Assembly: GCF_006345805.1 (NCBI RefSeq)
Contig: NC_043017.1
Coordinates: forward strand, 13,826,001-13,890,000
Source: Octopus sinensis
Taxonomy: Eukaryota
Direction: 5' to 3'
DNA length: 64,000 bases
Of this stretch, positions 25,046 through 38,109 are shown piece by piece. The stretch's first letter is position 1. The number at the start of each line of letters is the position of its first letter. Below the pieces are notes generated by a model, which made no database searches, was not told the origin of the DNA, and saw only the letters and a program-made list of their open reading frames with translations. The position numbers were made by a program, and so were the translations under genes.

Positions 25046-26959
25046 GTTATTAGCACCACCACCTGTGGTAGCGGTATTTATTTTGAAGATACAAGGTGGG
25101 GGATGTAGATGAAAACCTCTCTCTTCCCTCTCTCTAATAAATAGAAGGTGCCATCAAAATAGATGTCCTCTTTTACTGTTTTGCGAGGAATATATTCCTG
25201 GAAGTGAAATTATCTTCCTGTACCAAAATAATTCTTTTGCAGCATAAATATAGAACTGTAAAAAACAGAGGGGGTAATTAGGAACATATATGTGTATGGG
25301 AGTGTGTATATATATATATATATATATATCTATATCTGTATATATACATATACCTATCTACATAGATGTACAGTCAAGTACATGCGTATATACATGCATA
25401 CATACATATGAATATCACACACATGCATGCATTTATAGTTGCCTTCATTCTCTCACTTCTGCATTATTAATAGGCCTTTCAGCCTTGCTTTCTTCCACTT
25501 TCACTCTCCCACGCTTTTTCTTATTCTCTCACTCCCCCCCCATCCAAATGCATCACCTCCACCAAGTGGTCTATTAACACCTCTACTTTGGTCCTTTAAA
25601 GGAAAGGCAGCTAACTACTACCATTCTCTGTCGTTCCTTTTATTTCAAGAGCTATGCTGCCACTGCTGCCTCCCACACCGAATATTCCTGGATCTTCTTT
25701 GACATTCGCAGATTCTATTGACACACTAATATATCCTTGTGCTCCTCTGTGGAAAATTCTTCACCTTTTATTATTACTATTATTATTGTTGTTGTTGTTG
25801 CTATTCCCACATTAGTCTCTCTCTCTCTTGAACTTCTTTTAGACAGTTATATCTATCTATCTATCTATATTTATTTATTTATTTATTTATCAATTCATCA
25901 ATCAGTCTGCTGTTTCTGTGCTGGTTGACCACACCTTTAATCAAAGCTGTTTCAATTGTAATTAACCATTTTTTTTTTTTTGAGACATGTTCTATCTCAG
26001 ACTATGTTTTCAAATGTGTCTTTTTTCAATGACTATAAGGTATGATTTGATGGGTATTTAGTGGGTCAGCCTTCAGAAATAGCATGCAGTCACTACCAGT
26101 CTTTCAAAAAAAAAAACCCCAAAACCCAAAGAAGCTTACATTAGATAATACAGTCCTAGATGGTTCTAAAAAGATGAGATTGGTATAATTGGAATGTTTT
26201 TGATCAAATCTTGCTCAGGATTCAAATGGAATCAAATAACAACCACCCTTGTAATGACATTAAGTAAAACCTGGATAGGTGTAGAATTATTTTGGAATGA
26301 TAGGAGAGAGAGAGAGGACAGAGCGTGTGTACCTTTGTAGCTCACCACACACTGGGGTGTGGTGTGTGTGTGTGTGTGTGTGTGTGTATGTATATGTCAC
26401 AGTAGATTTTTAGATTTATTAGGGTTAGGTACACTATGAAACATTGCTTACATCTCTTGGAAGATTGCATGTAGCAAGTACTTTTCCTGTTTGTTTAACC
26501 AAATGTATGGATATATATGTGTGTGTGTGTGTGTATATATATACATATATTTACATAATTCTTCATAATTGTTTGAGTGTGCCACATGGAAGTGTTGATA
26601 CTTGTCTCTGTTTTGGATGGCACTCTTGAACAATTGTGAAGATCTCTTCACATGAAACCATTGGTAACCTTATTAACCCACAAATAAAGAATATTTATCC
26701 ACCAAAGTGGTTTTGAGCACTTATTCTCACTGTTTGATGTTAGTGTGTGTTTGTGTGAATGCATATGTGTAAACAAGTAAGACATATATGCATTGATGTG
26801 TGTTGATATTTATTAAATTAGATAACTGGTTCTGTTTACTTTAAAATTGCTGTGATTTTGAATACTGAGCTAAAAATTGTGGTTTTACTTCTTTAGAAGC
26901 AGAAATATATGTTAATACATACTGTACGCACACAACATAATTTTTCTATTTACTTTCAG

Positions 26960-27057
26960 ATATTGAGTATGGATGAAGAAAAAATGTGGTACAAGGCTGA
27001 ACAATATGGCTCAGAGGGTTATGTTCCATACAACTATATACAGTTGAAACCACACCC
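26960..27057 (+). CDS. GRB2: GRB2/Drk-family adaptor, coding exon (C-terminal part of N-SH3): ILSMDEEKMWYKAEQYGSEGYVPYNYIQLKPHP
   Basis: tttcag acceptor and gtaagt donor; 98 nt, phase 0 to 2, the same length and phase as the equivalent GRB2 exon; SH3 motifs WYKAE and GYVPYNYI. Not in the ORF track. The symbol denotes the family; orthology is not established. Confidence 0.93.
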
Positions 27058-27979
27058 GTAAGTAACAACTTCACAATAGTAATCGTACACTGCACTTGTA
27101 ATTAAATCTGCAGCAATTTGACATCAAAACATTGCGCGGTATTCTCATTTAGGTTATATTGTCTTAATTAGTGTTGGATTTAATAAGTTGTAATGTATTT
27201 TACCATGGTTATACCTGTATGTATAACTGTTGCCTGTTCTGTTGCCATTGCTTGACTTGTTAGAAATAGCTGCTAAATCTGCTTACATTACAGCTTTAAA
27301 AAATAAAAAAAGATTGACCCTTTGGCTGATGTAGTTCTAAATATTACTGAAAAAAAAGAGAGTTGGTCGTGACTGGAACATCTTTGGTCTTAAGTCAGAG
27401 CTGGCCTGTGGCTAAACAGTTATACCATAACCTGCAGAAACCAGTGAGGGAATCTTTATATGGTTGCTCAACTTGCTAGAGATAGCAGCCAAATCTCTCA
27501 AACAACAACCTGTTGTTTGTAAAAAGGACTCATCAGATAAAATAATCTGAGATAGTGTGTGTGTCTAAAAAAAAAAAAAAAGAGGGTTGTCACAGATAAA
27601 ATAGCTTTAATCATCAATCTTCTGGTTTAGAGTTGACTTGGGATTAAACAACAATTTGATCTTCAAGCCAGGGCTTCAGTGTCTGTGTGGAACCAGGGAT
27701 TTGGTATTGATTAAAACAACATCTCTGTGCCTCTTGCTGGATCACTTAAGATTCTGACCTTTGTTGTTTAACCTCACCATTCAATCCTGATAAAGTACAC
27801 AATATGACCAAAGACGTTCCAGCTGTAACTATCTCCTCATATTAAGGGACTGAACAGGTTTTTTTTATCTCTTTAACATGATAGTATGATTTGATGGCAA
27901 TTTCACTGCTATTTCTACCAGGTCAAGGTACTGTGTTGATACTTAGCATTGGCTGGTTCACTGTGACCATTGTCGTTTT

Positions 27980-28285
27980 GTGGAGGCACATGGCCTAGTG
28001 GTCAGAGCAGCGGGCTCGCGGTCGAGGGATCGTGAGTTTGAATCTCAGACCGGGCGATGTGTGTGTTTATGAGCGAAACACCTAAGCTCCTCGCAGCTCC
28101 GGCAGAAGGTAATGGCGAACTTCTGCTGACTCTTTCGCCACAACTTTCTCTCACTCATTCCTCCTGCATCTTGTAGCTAGCTCACCTGCGACGGACCGGC
28201 GTCCCGTCCAGGTGGGGAACCTATACGCCAAGGAAACCGGGAAACCGGCCCTATGAGCCAGGTGTGGCTTGAGAAGGAACAAATA
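27980..28285 (+). mobile_element. SINE family C (B-like head, different tail); second copy at 23710-23958 on minus
   Basis: GTGGAGGCACATGGCCTAGTGG head; 14-bp TSD ACCATTGTCRTTTT. Confidence 0.88.
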
Positions 28286-29230
28286 ACCATTGTCATTTTA
28301 GGTTTGTTCACTCAGGACCAACCTGTGGCTATACACTTACAACAACTGTAACAAACATTGTCAATGAATTAACTTCCCTGTCCCTCATCTCACTAAAGCA
28401 AGGCAGGGGACATAAAGAAAAGGGACTTTCTTTTTTCTGGTCATTTACATATGATGATATCTCTCACAATCTTTGTAGTTCAGGTCATGACAGCATCTGA
28501 CCAAACAGAACTACAGGCATGGAAATGAAAAACCAAACAACCTGGTCTTTAAACAGTAACACCATAACTAAATGTCAATAGTTGCATTGACTGTAAGTTT
28601 TACACAAGGATATCTGTTTCTCATATTATAGAACACTTGAAACCGCCATACCTCTTGCAGCCACACACTCCAACACTGATTGCCTACAGTGACTTTGCCC
28701 ATAAATCTACAGTAACAGTTTCAGCTGTTTTTCCCTTTCCTTTTTCTAATAAATTATCTTTTTTTTTTTTATATTTTGCATTTGATTCTTTATATCAAAC
28801 TGTTTTGTTGGACTCCACCTTCAGATGTGTTGTATCATAACCTATCAGATATTCTTGAACGAGGATCCCTTGATGTTGTCTTGATTCAGCAAGCAGGTTT
28901 ATGATTGGAAGTAATCAAACCAAACCCATCCATGGCCATTCTGTCCTATTTTTTAGTATTATGTATCTAGTGCTACATCAGCCTGTTTATATTTGACTAT
29001 TGTTTTTAGCAAGTTGAGACGCTACCATAGATTTTCTTTTATTGGCTGGTATAATATCTAAAATAGCTGCAGATGTAGCTGCAAGATTAAACTGACATTG
29101 CAGTTCTGTGATTTTAAGATCAGTCTTTGTGTGAGATCTTAGGCAGGTGTTTTTTTAATATGTTGACTAATGTCTGAGGGAAACTTAGTAAATGGAAACT
29201 ATTTGGAAGCCCATTGTGTGTGGTGTATGT

Positions 29231-29264
<34 letters not shown>

Positions 29265-29430
29265 GCACAGCCATGGTTGTGTGGCTAAGAAGCTTGCTTC
29301 TCGACCATGTGGTAGTGAGTTCAGTCCCATTATATGGCACCTTGTGCAAATGTTTTGTGTATCCCCGGGCCTTGAGAGTAGGTATGGTAGATGGAAACTG
29401 AAAGAAACTAATTGTATGTATGTGTATATA

Positions 29431-29462
<32 letters not shown>

Positions 29463-29463
29463 C

Positions 29464-29772
29464 TCACATGATCATGTGACCGACCAGACCATCAGATGTT
29501 GCTACACATCGCTGGTCACAATGCGTTCACATTGTTTTAGCCTTCGAATGACGCCACCCCGCTGGCTAAGCGAGCAGGCCAACAGAAAAAAGAGTGAGAG
29601 AAAGAGTGGTGAAAGAGTACAGCAGGGATCACCACCATCCCCTGCCGGAGCCTCATGGAGCTTTTAGGTGTTTTTGCTCAATAAACACTCACAACGCTCG
29701 TTCTGGGAATTGAAACCGCGATCCTACGACTGCGAGTCCGCTGCCTTAACCACTGGGCCTTTGCGCCTCCAC
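29464..29772 (-). mobile_element. SINE with family-B head and a different 3' module
   Basis: The first ~180 nt match family B, then an unrelated tail ending in the palindrome TCACATGATCATGTGA. Confidence 0.82.
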
Positions 29773-30789
29773 TTATATATATATATGTGTTTGTCCCCCA
29801 CCACTACTTTACAACTGGTGGTGGTTTGTTTACATCCCTGCAACTTGGCAGTTTGGCAGAAGAGACTAATAGAATAAGTATCAAGCTTAAAATTAAGTAC
29901 TGGGGTCAGTTTGATTAAACCTTTTAAGGGCATATCTTGACATGACCTTGAAATAAAAGATAAGATAAACAAATAAAAAATATGAGAGAGAGAGATCTTT
30001 GTGTTTATCTCTGCATATTTCACGTTGACATAGGAACTAAACAACATAAAGCACTTCTTTTTTTTTTTTTTTATTGGTTGTTGAGAGAATATTTAATTGT
30101 TAAACTTAGCAATCCATTCTCTCATCATATGAATAATCTGATTAGGTGACAGTTTTATTAAAAGTTAAACAATTCTGTGTTTTTAATTTTTTTTAGTTAA
30201 AAATTTGAGGGAGTTTTTAGTTGTGTCAGGAGAGAGTTTTAAAACTGTTTAACTCCCCATGGCAGCTTCAATCAAACAGACCTATGTATGATTGGAGGCA
30301 GTCCACTCATGCCTGTCCCATCTTTTTCCTAAGCTCAGTGCCTCAAGGCTTATATTATTCAGTGTGACTATCTTTTATAAGAAAGTAAGATTTGGCTGCT
30401 ATTTCCAACAAGTAAAAGGACTTCATAGAGGCTCCCTTTTAGATTAGTTAAACTATCGTGAAGGGCTTTTAACCTAGTTGTGGCCTCTTTTTGGTGTTGC
30501 ATAAAGGTTAAAAAGCTTAATTGTGTTTGCATGTTGTCAACTATCAACTAAACAAGTAGTTTGTTTCTTCATCATCATCATTATCCTTTAACATCTGTTT
30601 TCTATGCGGGCATGGGTTGGACAGTGGTTGGCTTTCATACTAATCCAGCCAGGCACCTTCTTTGCCCACTTATTCCTAGGAGGGTCGTAAGAGTAAAGTC
30701 CTCAAGTAATTCCTCTCCAGGGTCCAAACAGAAGCAACCATTATTGCACTTTCTGGCTGGATTTCTAAGTGTGACCAACTGAAACTATG

Positions 30790-31174
30790 GTGGAAGCACT
30801 CCGTCGGTTACGATGACGAGGGTTCCGGTTGATCCGAATCAACGGAACAGCCTGCTCGTGAAATTAATGTGTAAGTGGTTGAGCACTCCACAGACACGTG
30901 TACCCTTAACGTAGTTCTCGGGGATATTCAGCGTGACACAGAGAGTGACAAGGCCGGCCCTTTGAAATACAGGTATAACAGAAACAGGAAGTAAGAGTGA
31001 GAGAAAGTTGTGGTGAAAGAGTACAGCAGGGATCACCATCATCCCTGTCGGAGCCTCGTGGAGCTTTAGGTGTTTTCACTCAATAAACACTCACAACGCC
31101 CGGTCTGGGAATCGAAACCGCGATCCTATGACCGCGAGTCTGCTGCCCTAACCACTGGGCCATTGCGCCTCCAC
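30790..31174 (-). mobile_element. SINE family B, full length
   Basis: Near-identical to 1526-1919; TSD ACTGAAACTAT. Confidence 0.9.
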
Positions 31175-32029
31175 TACTGAAACTATAGATATTCCTGTCT
31201 CATTCTTGGTCTTCCCCAGGTCTCCTAACGGTTTGCTTAGCTTGAAGAATCCGTCTTTCAATTCTTTCCTGCAACATTCTAATCACATGTTTATAGTACT
31301 AGAGCTGTGACCTTTAATGCAGAGAAATAGTGGCTTGACCTGGAGAACAAAATTTTGGTTAATCGGTTGTGGTGGTGGTGGTGGTAGTGGAAGCAGCAGC
31401 AATAGTAGCATAGTAGGTTGTTAGAACTGCTAGAGCATCGGACATACTAGCTTGTGACATTTTTTCTGGCTCTGTACATTGTGAGTTCAAATCTTTCTTA
31501 GGTCAACTTTACCTTTCATCCTTTTAGGGGTGATAAAGTACTAGTCAAATACTGGGGTTGATATACTCCACTAACCCTCATCCCCTAAATTTCTGGCCTT
31601 ATCCCTCTATTAGAACCAAATATTATTAAAGCCTTGTTTCCAATAGGTAGGACTCAATCATCATGGGTTTGGATTGAACTCATGAATTTGTTTTATAGGC
31701 TGGTTATACAATTCAGTGAGTAGAACCTCTCAACCTCATTGCTTGACCTGTTTGAAATAGCAGCCAGTTCTCCTTCAAATTATACACAACTGTCTTTAAA
31801 AAACTCCAGATATGTTACATAATACAGACAAGGGTACACTGATCATGAGAGAATCACTGGATTGTCATGGTTGGAATGCTTTTTTTTCTTCTTATCAGTA
31901 GTGAGTCACTGCTTATCTGAGGTTAATAAATATAAAACAGGCAGGTTCCAGTGTGGTTATCTCTAAGGTTACCACCACTACTATTACTCTTGAGTCATTG
32001 CTCTTAGGTTATTGTCACCGCCACTACTA

Positions 32030-32444
32030 CTACTCTTTTACTTGTTTCAGTCATTTGACTGCGGCCATGCAGGAGCACCGCCTTTAGTCGAGCAAATCGA
32101 CCCCGGGACTTATTCTTTGTAAGCCCAGTACTTATTCTATCGGTCTCTTTTGCCGAACCGCTAAGTGATGGGGACGTAAACACACCAGCATCGGTTGTCA
32201 AGCGATGTTGGGGGGACAAACACAGACACACAAACATATACATACACACTTATATATATATATATATATACACATATATACGACGGGCTTCTTTCAGTTT
32301 CCGTCTACCAAATCCACTCACAAGGCATTGGTCGGCCCGGGGCTATAGCAGAAGACACTTGCCCAAGATGCCACGCAGTGGGACTGAACCCAGAACCATG
32401 TGGTTGGTTAGCAAGCTACTTACCACACAGCCACTCCTGCGCCT
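32030..32444 (-). mobile_element. SINE family A, full length. Other young copies: 17510-17912(-), 18745-19143(-), 22368-22730(+), 57573-57955(+), 59498-59902(-), 62565-62925(+). Older copies near 5965, 9280, 17930 and 29270.
   Basis: Near-identical ~400-nt sequence repeated through the window on both strands. Confidence 0.92.
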
Positions 32445-34049
32445 ATGAAAGATTTTAATTTAGCCATATTTACTTGAGCCTGGGCAGTGACAAATATCTT
32501 ACCTTTCAAGTGTGTGTGTGTGTGTGTACATACACATTGTCACTGACACAACTCCTTTCCATATTGCTAACCCATGCAGTATTGATACTCCTGTAAATAC
32601 GACCCTCCACTCCTTACAGAAATGTTACATTCCAGAAAATCTTGCCATAGTGTGGGATTCCATACACAACACCTATTTTCCATTTTCTTTCTTCCATGCC
32701 CCCGAAATAGTTCCTGCAACAAGTTTCACTCCACAGAGTCCATGCTATGGCTAGATTTCCAGAAATATGTTTCTGTAAAGCTCTGGGAGGGGGTGGGGGA
32801 TACCCGTGTGTGTAATAAAAATAGACAGATGGTTATCTGGTATCGCTACAGTTGTTTCCTTGGGTGTCTTTATTGTGACATAAGCATTATACAATTTGCT
32901 AGATTGCATAATATGTTACATAAACCATTAACTCATCAGGCCACCAAATAAACAAGTTACCAGTGACTTGTGTGTTCTCAACCTCTCAATCTAGAGGGGA
33001 TGGATAGTGGAATAAATTTATAAATATAAGGACAGTTATGGGCATTAATATCCTAAAGAAGACATCAATCTGAGCAACCTCACCAGCAAAAACTCGCAGT
33101 AGCAGAATTTACTCAAATACAGCAAATAGTTGGCACCAAGCTTGATAATTGAGCATATCAAGAACATTCAAAGGCATCTGCTGGTGCTGCTCTAAAACCC
33201 CTCATTGTCTGATATTACTATAAATTTACCATTATCTGTTCATTCACTCAACTTAATTAATCAGGAAAGAAGAGTTCTGAAAGAATATTTCAGAATCAAT
33301 AAAATATTGGCATAATTTAATGGACATTCAGCTAATTATAATACAGGGAAAATAATTTAGGGCAAAACTGCTGACTAGGTAAGTTTAGTGCAAAACTTCT
33401 GGAGGAGAAGGATGGGAGAAAAAAAGACAGGAGGAAAAGGGAAAGAAAGTAACTGAAACGGGTTAAGATAAAACAAGTTTGGGAGAAAAAAATTAGAGAG
33501 AAAGTGGTCCATGCAGTGAGAAGAAGATTGTATTAGCATAAACAACTAAAATAAAAAAATGTGCACCCCAGAGTAGCAAAAGTTGTATACATAATCTTTT
33601 CTACTGTTGACACAAGGCCCCAAAATTTAGGGGAGTGCGGGGGGGGGGGGCAGTCGATTAGATCAACCCTAGTATCCAACTGGTACATAATTTATTGACC
33701 CCGAAAAGATGAAAGGCAAAGTCGACCATGCCAGAATTTGAACTCAGAGCATGGAGACAGAAGAAATGCAGCTCGCTGCCTTAGTTGTATACGTAATAAA
33801 TCATGTATATTGTATGCATTTATGTCTGTGTGTATGTATGTATTAATGTTTGTTTTTATATTCAGTTATAGTGAAAACACTTTTGCTTTTATACTTTTGT
33901 AAATTCTTAAACAAGAATGTTGTCGACAGTGAGATTGAAGTTTTGGCCAGCTAAGCCGTCATCGGACAATGGCTGAGCTTGCAAAAACGTTGAAGTCACT
34001 ATCAACATAGTTCTTGTTTAAAAATATATATGTTTGAGTGTTGGATCCC

Positions 34050-34170
34050 CTGTCAGCAGCTTCCAGTTCCTTTTGAACTTTGAAGAAGTGAGCTATCTCT
34101 GTATCACTATGCTGTACTTTTAGGGCAACAATAACTGTGTACTTGTTCATTTGCTGGCTCACCCTGTTGT
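34050..34170 (-). pseudogene. Tc1/mariner-superfamily transposase N-terminal remnant
   Basis: MSQQMNKYTVIVALKVQHSDTEIAHFFKVQKELEA resembles the HTH N-terminus of Tc1/mariner transposases; from recall only. Confidence 0.5.
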
Positions 34171-34657
34171 CTGACGTTATTTATCTGAAAAGTAAAAAAA
34201 AAAAAAAATTTAGAAAATGTTAGGGTTCTTGAAAGAGATGTCCTCAAAAAACTGATTCAACATGTATATATGTATTGTGTAGCAACCATGAATGTCATTG
34301 GTGGGTAAACCCTTTTTCTGGAGGCATTTGATAACACTACAAGGCTAAATTTTGTCGATTTTCAAGATAAGTTGCTACTAGTTACTTCTAAAGGTTTCTT
34401 TGAACAGCCAGATGTCCGTTTACCTGGAAAGAAACAATGCGGTTAGTTATAAGAAGAGTTGAAATTAATGCATGCAAAATTTCACAGCTGTAGCATCACT
34501 CCTTCATAGTCAGCCTATGAACTTTTCAGCCCACTCTCATATATATATATGTATATGTATCTATGTGTATATATATCAATATATATTTATTTCTGTGTAT
34601 GGATTGATATGTATTTGTATGTATTGATATATATTTATATGTATGTGTATATATATA

Positions 34658-34702
<45 letters not shown>

Positions 34703-34969
34703 CCAGCCTCGCCTGGCACCTGTGCAGGTGGCACGTAAAAAGCACCCACTACACTCACGGAGTGGTTGGCGTTAGGAAGGGCATCCAGCTGTAGAAACAT
34801 TGCCAGATAAGACTGGAGCCTGGTGCAGCCTTCTGGCTTCCCAGATCCCCGGTCGAACCGTCCAACCCATGCTAGCATGGAGAACGGACGTTAAACGATG
34901 ATGATGATGATGTGTGTGTGTGTGTGTGTGTACGTATATATATATATATGTATGTGGGGTATATATATG

Positions 34970-35186
34970 TGGTGGGGTATTGAAACGTTTCTGGCCTTAA
35001 GGGTATTATGAAAGGCCTGGTTGGAGGCCTGACCTGCTAAGTTCTTTTACAAGTCTTAGAAAAACTGAAGGACCACTGCAATAAGTGTGTGAATCTGAGA
35101 GGGGAATATGTTGAATAAAATCATAATTAACTGATCCTCCAGTATTTTCTTTTACTCAAAACCAGGAACTTTTCAGCACCTCCTTA
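34970..35186. mobile_element. Mariner-type MITE, uninterrupted copy
   Basis: Same internal sequence as 11191-11767; right TIR CCAGGAACTTTTCAGCACC followed by TA. Confidence 0.82.
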
Positions 35187-35195
35187 TATGTATGT

Positions 35196-35627
35196 CTTCT
35201 CTTTCTCTTCTCTTTTTCCTGTCTGTCTTGATAGACAATGGGTCGCGCCAAGGGTGGGGCCTACTTTGATGATGAGCAGCGTCTGCTGTGACTGAACAGT
35301 CCAATTCTAGAGTGGCAGTCCCTGGAACAGTTGCTGCACACAAACATCGATGGGTACGTGTGGGGTGTTGCTGCAGTTGTCCTCCTCCTGTCCCGCCTGT
35401 CCGACCACAGCTGTGCTCTCCTTTCCTCAGCCATGGAAACGCCTTTCCTCACTGTCCGACGCCAGGCAGAGCGGACAGCAGCTGTTACCTCCCACGTGTC
35501 CACACAGATGTTGGCAGTCCTCAGGTCGCGCTTGCACACATCCCTGTATCGTAGCTGTGGACGTCCCTTGGGTCGGGATCCCGTGGTGAGTTCGCTGTAC
35601 AGGATGTCTTTAGGCATGCGACCGTCC
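35196..35627 (-). mobile_element. Young 5'-truncated RTE LINE 3' end, antisense in intron
   Basis: Uninterrupted ORF DGRMPKDILYSEL...GRPQLRYRD...FVCSNCSRDCHSRIGLFSHSRRC*; GAGAA-like tail; candidate TSD TGTATGT at 35189-35195 and 35628-35634. Confidence 0.92.
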
Positions 35628-35636
35628 TGTATGTAA

Positions 35637-35852
<216 letters not shown>

Positions 35853-36435
35853 TAAGTATCACCTTCTCTGTCTTAGATGAGTTTCCTGAGGGTCTGCACT
35901 ACCCGTGCTAGTAGTGTCTAACATATAGTCAAAGCACTTCAGACATGACCATCTCAACTTTGAGGGGTTACCTTGGACTACATTATATGTTTATTCTTAT
36001 GGGTTTTTTTTTTTTTTTCATGTTGGGATGTGATTTGAGTGAGATTTTGGTGCTATTTCTAGCAGGTGGCTCAGAGATTTGTAAACAAATTTTTTTTTCA
36101 CTTATTCACATTTTGAGGAACCAATATTGCAGAGTTGATGGTAGGGTGTTGGAAGTAGGGTGGATATACTAAATTGTAATTACTTTGTGACAGATTGTAT
36201 AAAAGACCACAAGGTATGAATCACTTTGTTGATCACCACTGTTTATAATAATAATAATAATAATAATGATCGGAATGAGTGCTAAAATGGGCACAATGTC
36301 AAAGATTTTGGTGTTGAGGTTATCTCTGCAGGTTTTTTTTATAGAAATTATAACCAGCACTGATTTGTTATGTTTCAAATCCGAATATACATAATGTAAG
36401 CAACAATGTGACAGAAGATGGGAAAATGGGTAATA

Positions 36436-36478
36436 GATGTATATGCCATATTTCAGTTCTTGCCCCTTCATCAGCACC
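36436..36478 (-). ncRNA. Hammerhead-like motif with weak stem II (AUA site)
   Basis: Minus strand GGTG-CTGATGA-aggggcaagaact-GAAA-TATG g CATA-T-A-CATC. Confidence 0.55.
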
Positions 36479-36697
36479 ACATCCAACCCATCAACTATCC
36501 ACAACTCATTGCTTAAATAACCACTAAATACAGCAGTGGAACATTATTTGTTATACCAATTTTACGTATCAAACACATTCTTGGCAGCTGGTACCTACAT
36601 ATTAATATGACTTGCATAGCAAAATACAGCATCTCTGCAAGTCATTAAAAAGATTTTGGTGTGGGTTAGAGTGAATTTGATTGGTGCTAGTACTTAA

Positions 36698-37027
<330 letters not shown>

Positions 37028-38109
37028 TAGAAATTTATCCATTTTCTAAAAAAAAATTGCTGCTAATTATTGCTGGTCAACCTTTTTCATAAAGGCATGT
37101 TTTGCTGGTTTTTGAAGAATACAACATATCTGCACTGTTTCTCTCTGCATCTCATAAAATACATCAATGCATGTTGGAGTATACACTATGGTCTTTAATG
37201 AAATGGAGGAGGTGGGGGGTCTATCTAAAGCACTAGATTAGTGGTTCTCATCCGGGTCCATACAGTCCCTTGAGAATCCATATAAAGGGAAAGGCAAATC
37301 CAATTGTAGTGGCTTTGCTTAGCCAGAGCTATAGCAGAAAACACCCAAGATGCCATGCAGTGGGATTGAACCCAGAACAAACCTTGTGGCCGGGAAGTGA
37401 ACTTCTTAGCCACATAATCATGAAAGGAAAAGTTGGGGTTCAGATATGAAACAGTGAATCTAAAATGGTAGTGTGTGTGTGTGTGTGTGTGTGTAAAAGG
37501 TGGGTGAGCAGAGAGTGGTAGATGGTGTTGTTATGTTTCTAGGTAAAGTAGAGCAGGATGTGTTGTAGCAGTTAACTTTGAAACAAGAGCTGTGGGTTGT
37601 TGTTGTTGTTGTTGGGCACTTCCAAGTAGGTGATAATTACACTTTCCCACTCACCGCTACTGACACTTCCCCTCCATCTCCTCCTCTCTAGTGTCTCTTT
37701 TCTGAAACTATAAACCCATCCAAACCCCACCTCTACACTGTGTGTATACCCTGCAAGTGACCGTTTCTTTTACTACTTCATAGTTGATGACTCATGTTAT
37801 TTTTTGATAGTTATATGTGTGTGTGTGTGTGTGTGTTTCTGTTGAAATAAATAACAACAACAAATGTCAAAATACCTACTTAGCATTGTTATTATTAAAG
37901 CAACGAGCTGGCATAATGCTTTGTGGCATTTTGTCCATCTTTATGTTCTGAGTTCAAATTCCACCAAGGTCAACTTTGCCATTCATCCTTTCAGGTTCAA
38001 TAAAATCAGTACCCGTTGAGCACTGGGGGTTGATGTAATTGACTTAACCCCACCTCTAAAACTGCTGGCTTTGTGCTAAAATTGAAACCATGATGATGAT
38101 TATTATTAT

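Noticed and set aside
24574-25050. Repeat units with a palindrome, superficially CRISPR-like
   Set aside because: There are only two identical 233-bp units of retroposon origin, with no unique spacers and no cas genes, in eukaryotic DNA.
25190-25206. STAT-like TTCCNGGAA sites (here and near 1112)
   Set aside because: Two 9-mers in 64 kb are compatible with chance and have no supporting context.
32890-32945. Minus-strand CTGATGA with a GTTA/TAAC stem
   Set aside because: GAAA is replaced by ATAT and stem I does not close; at most a decayed remnant.
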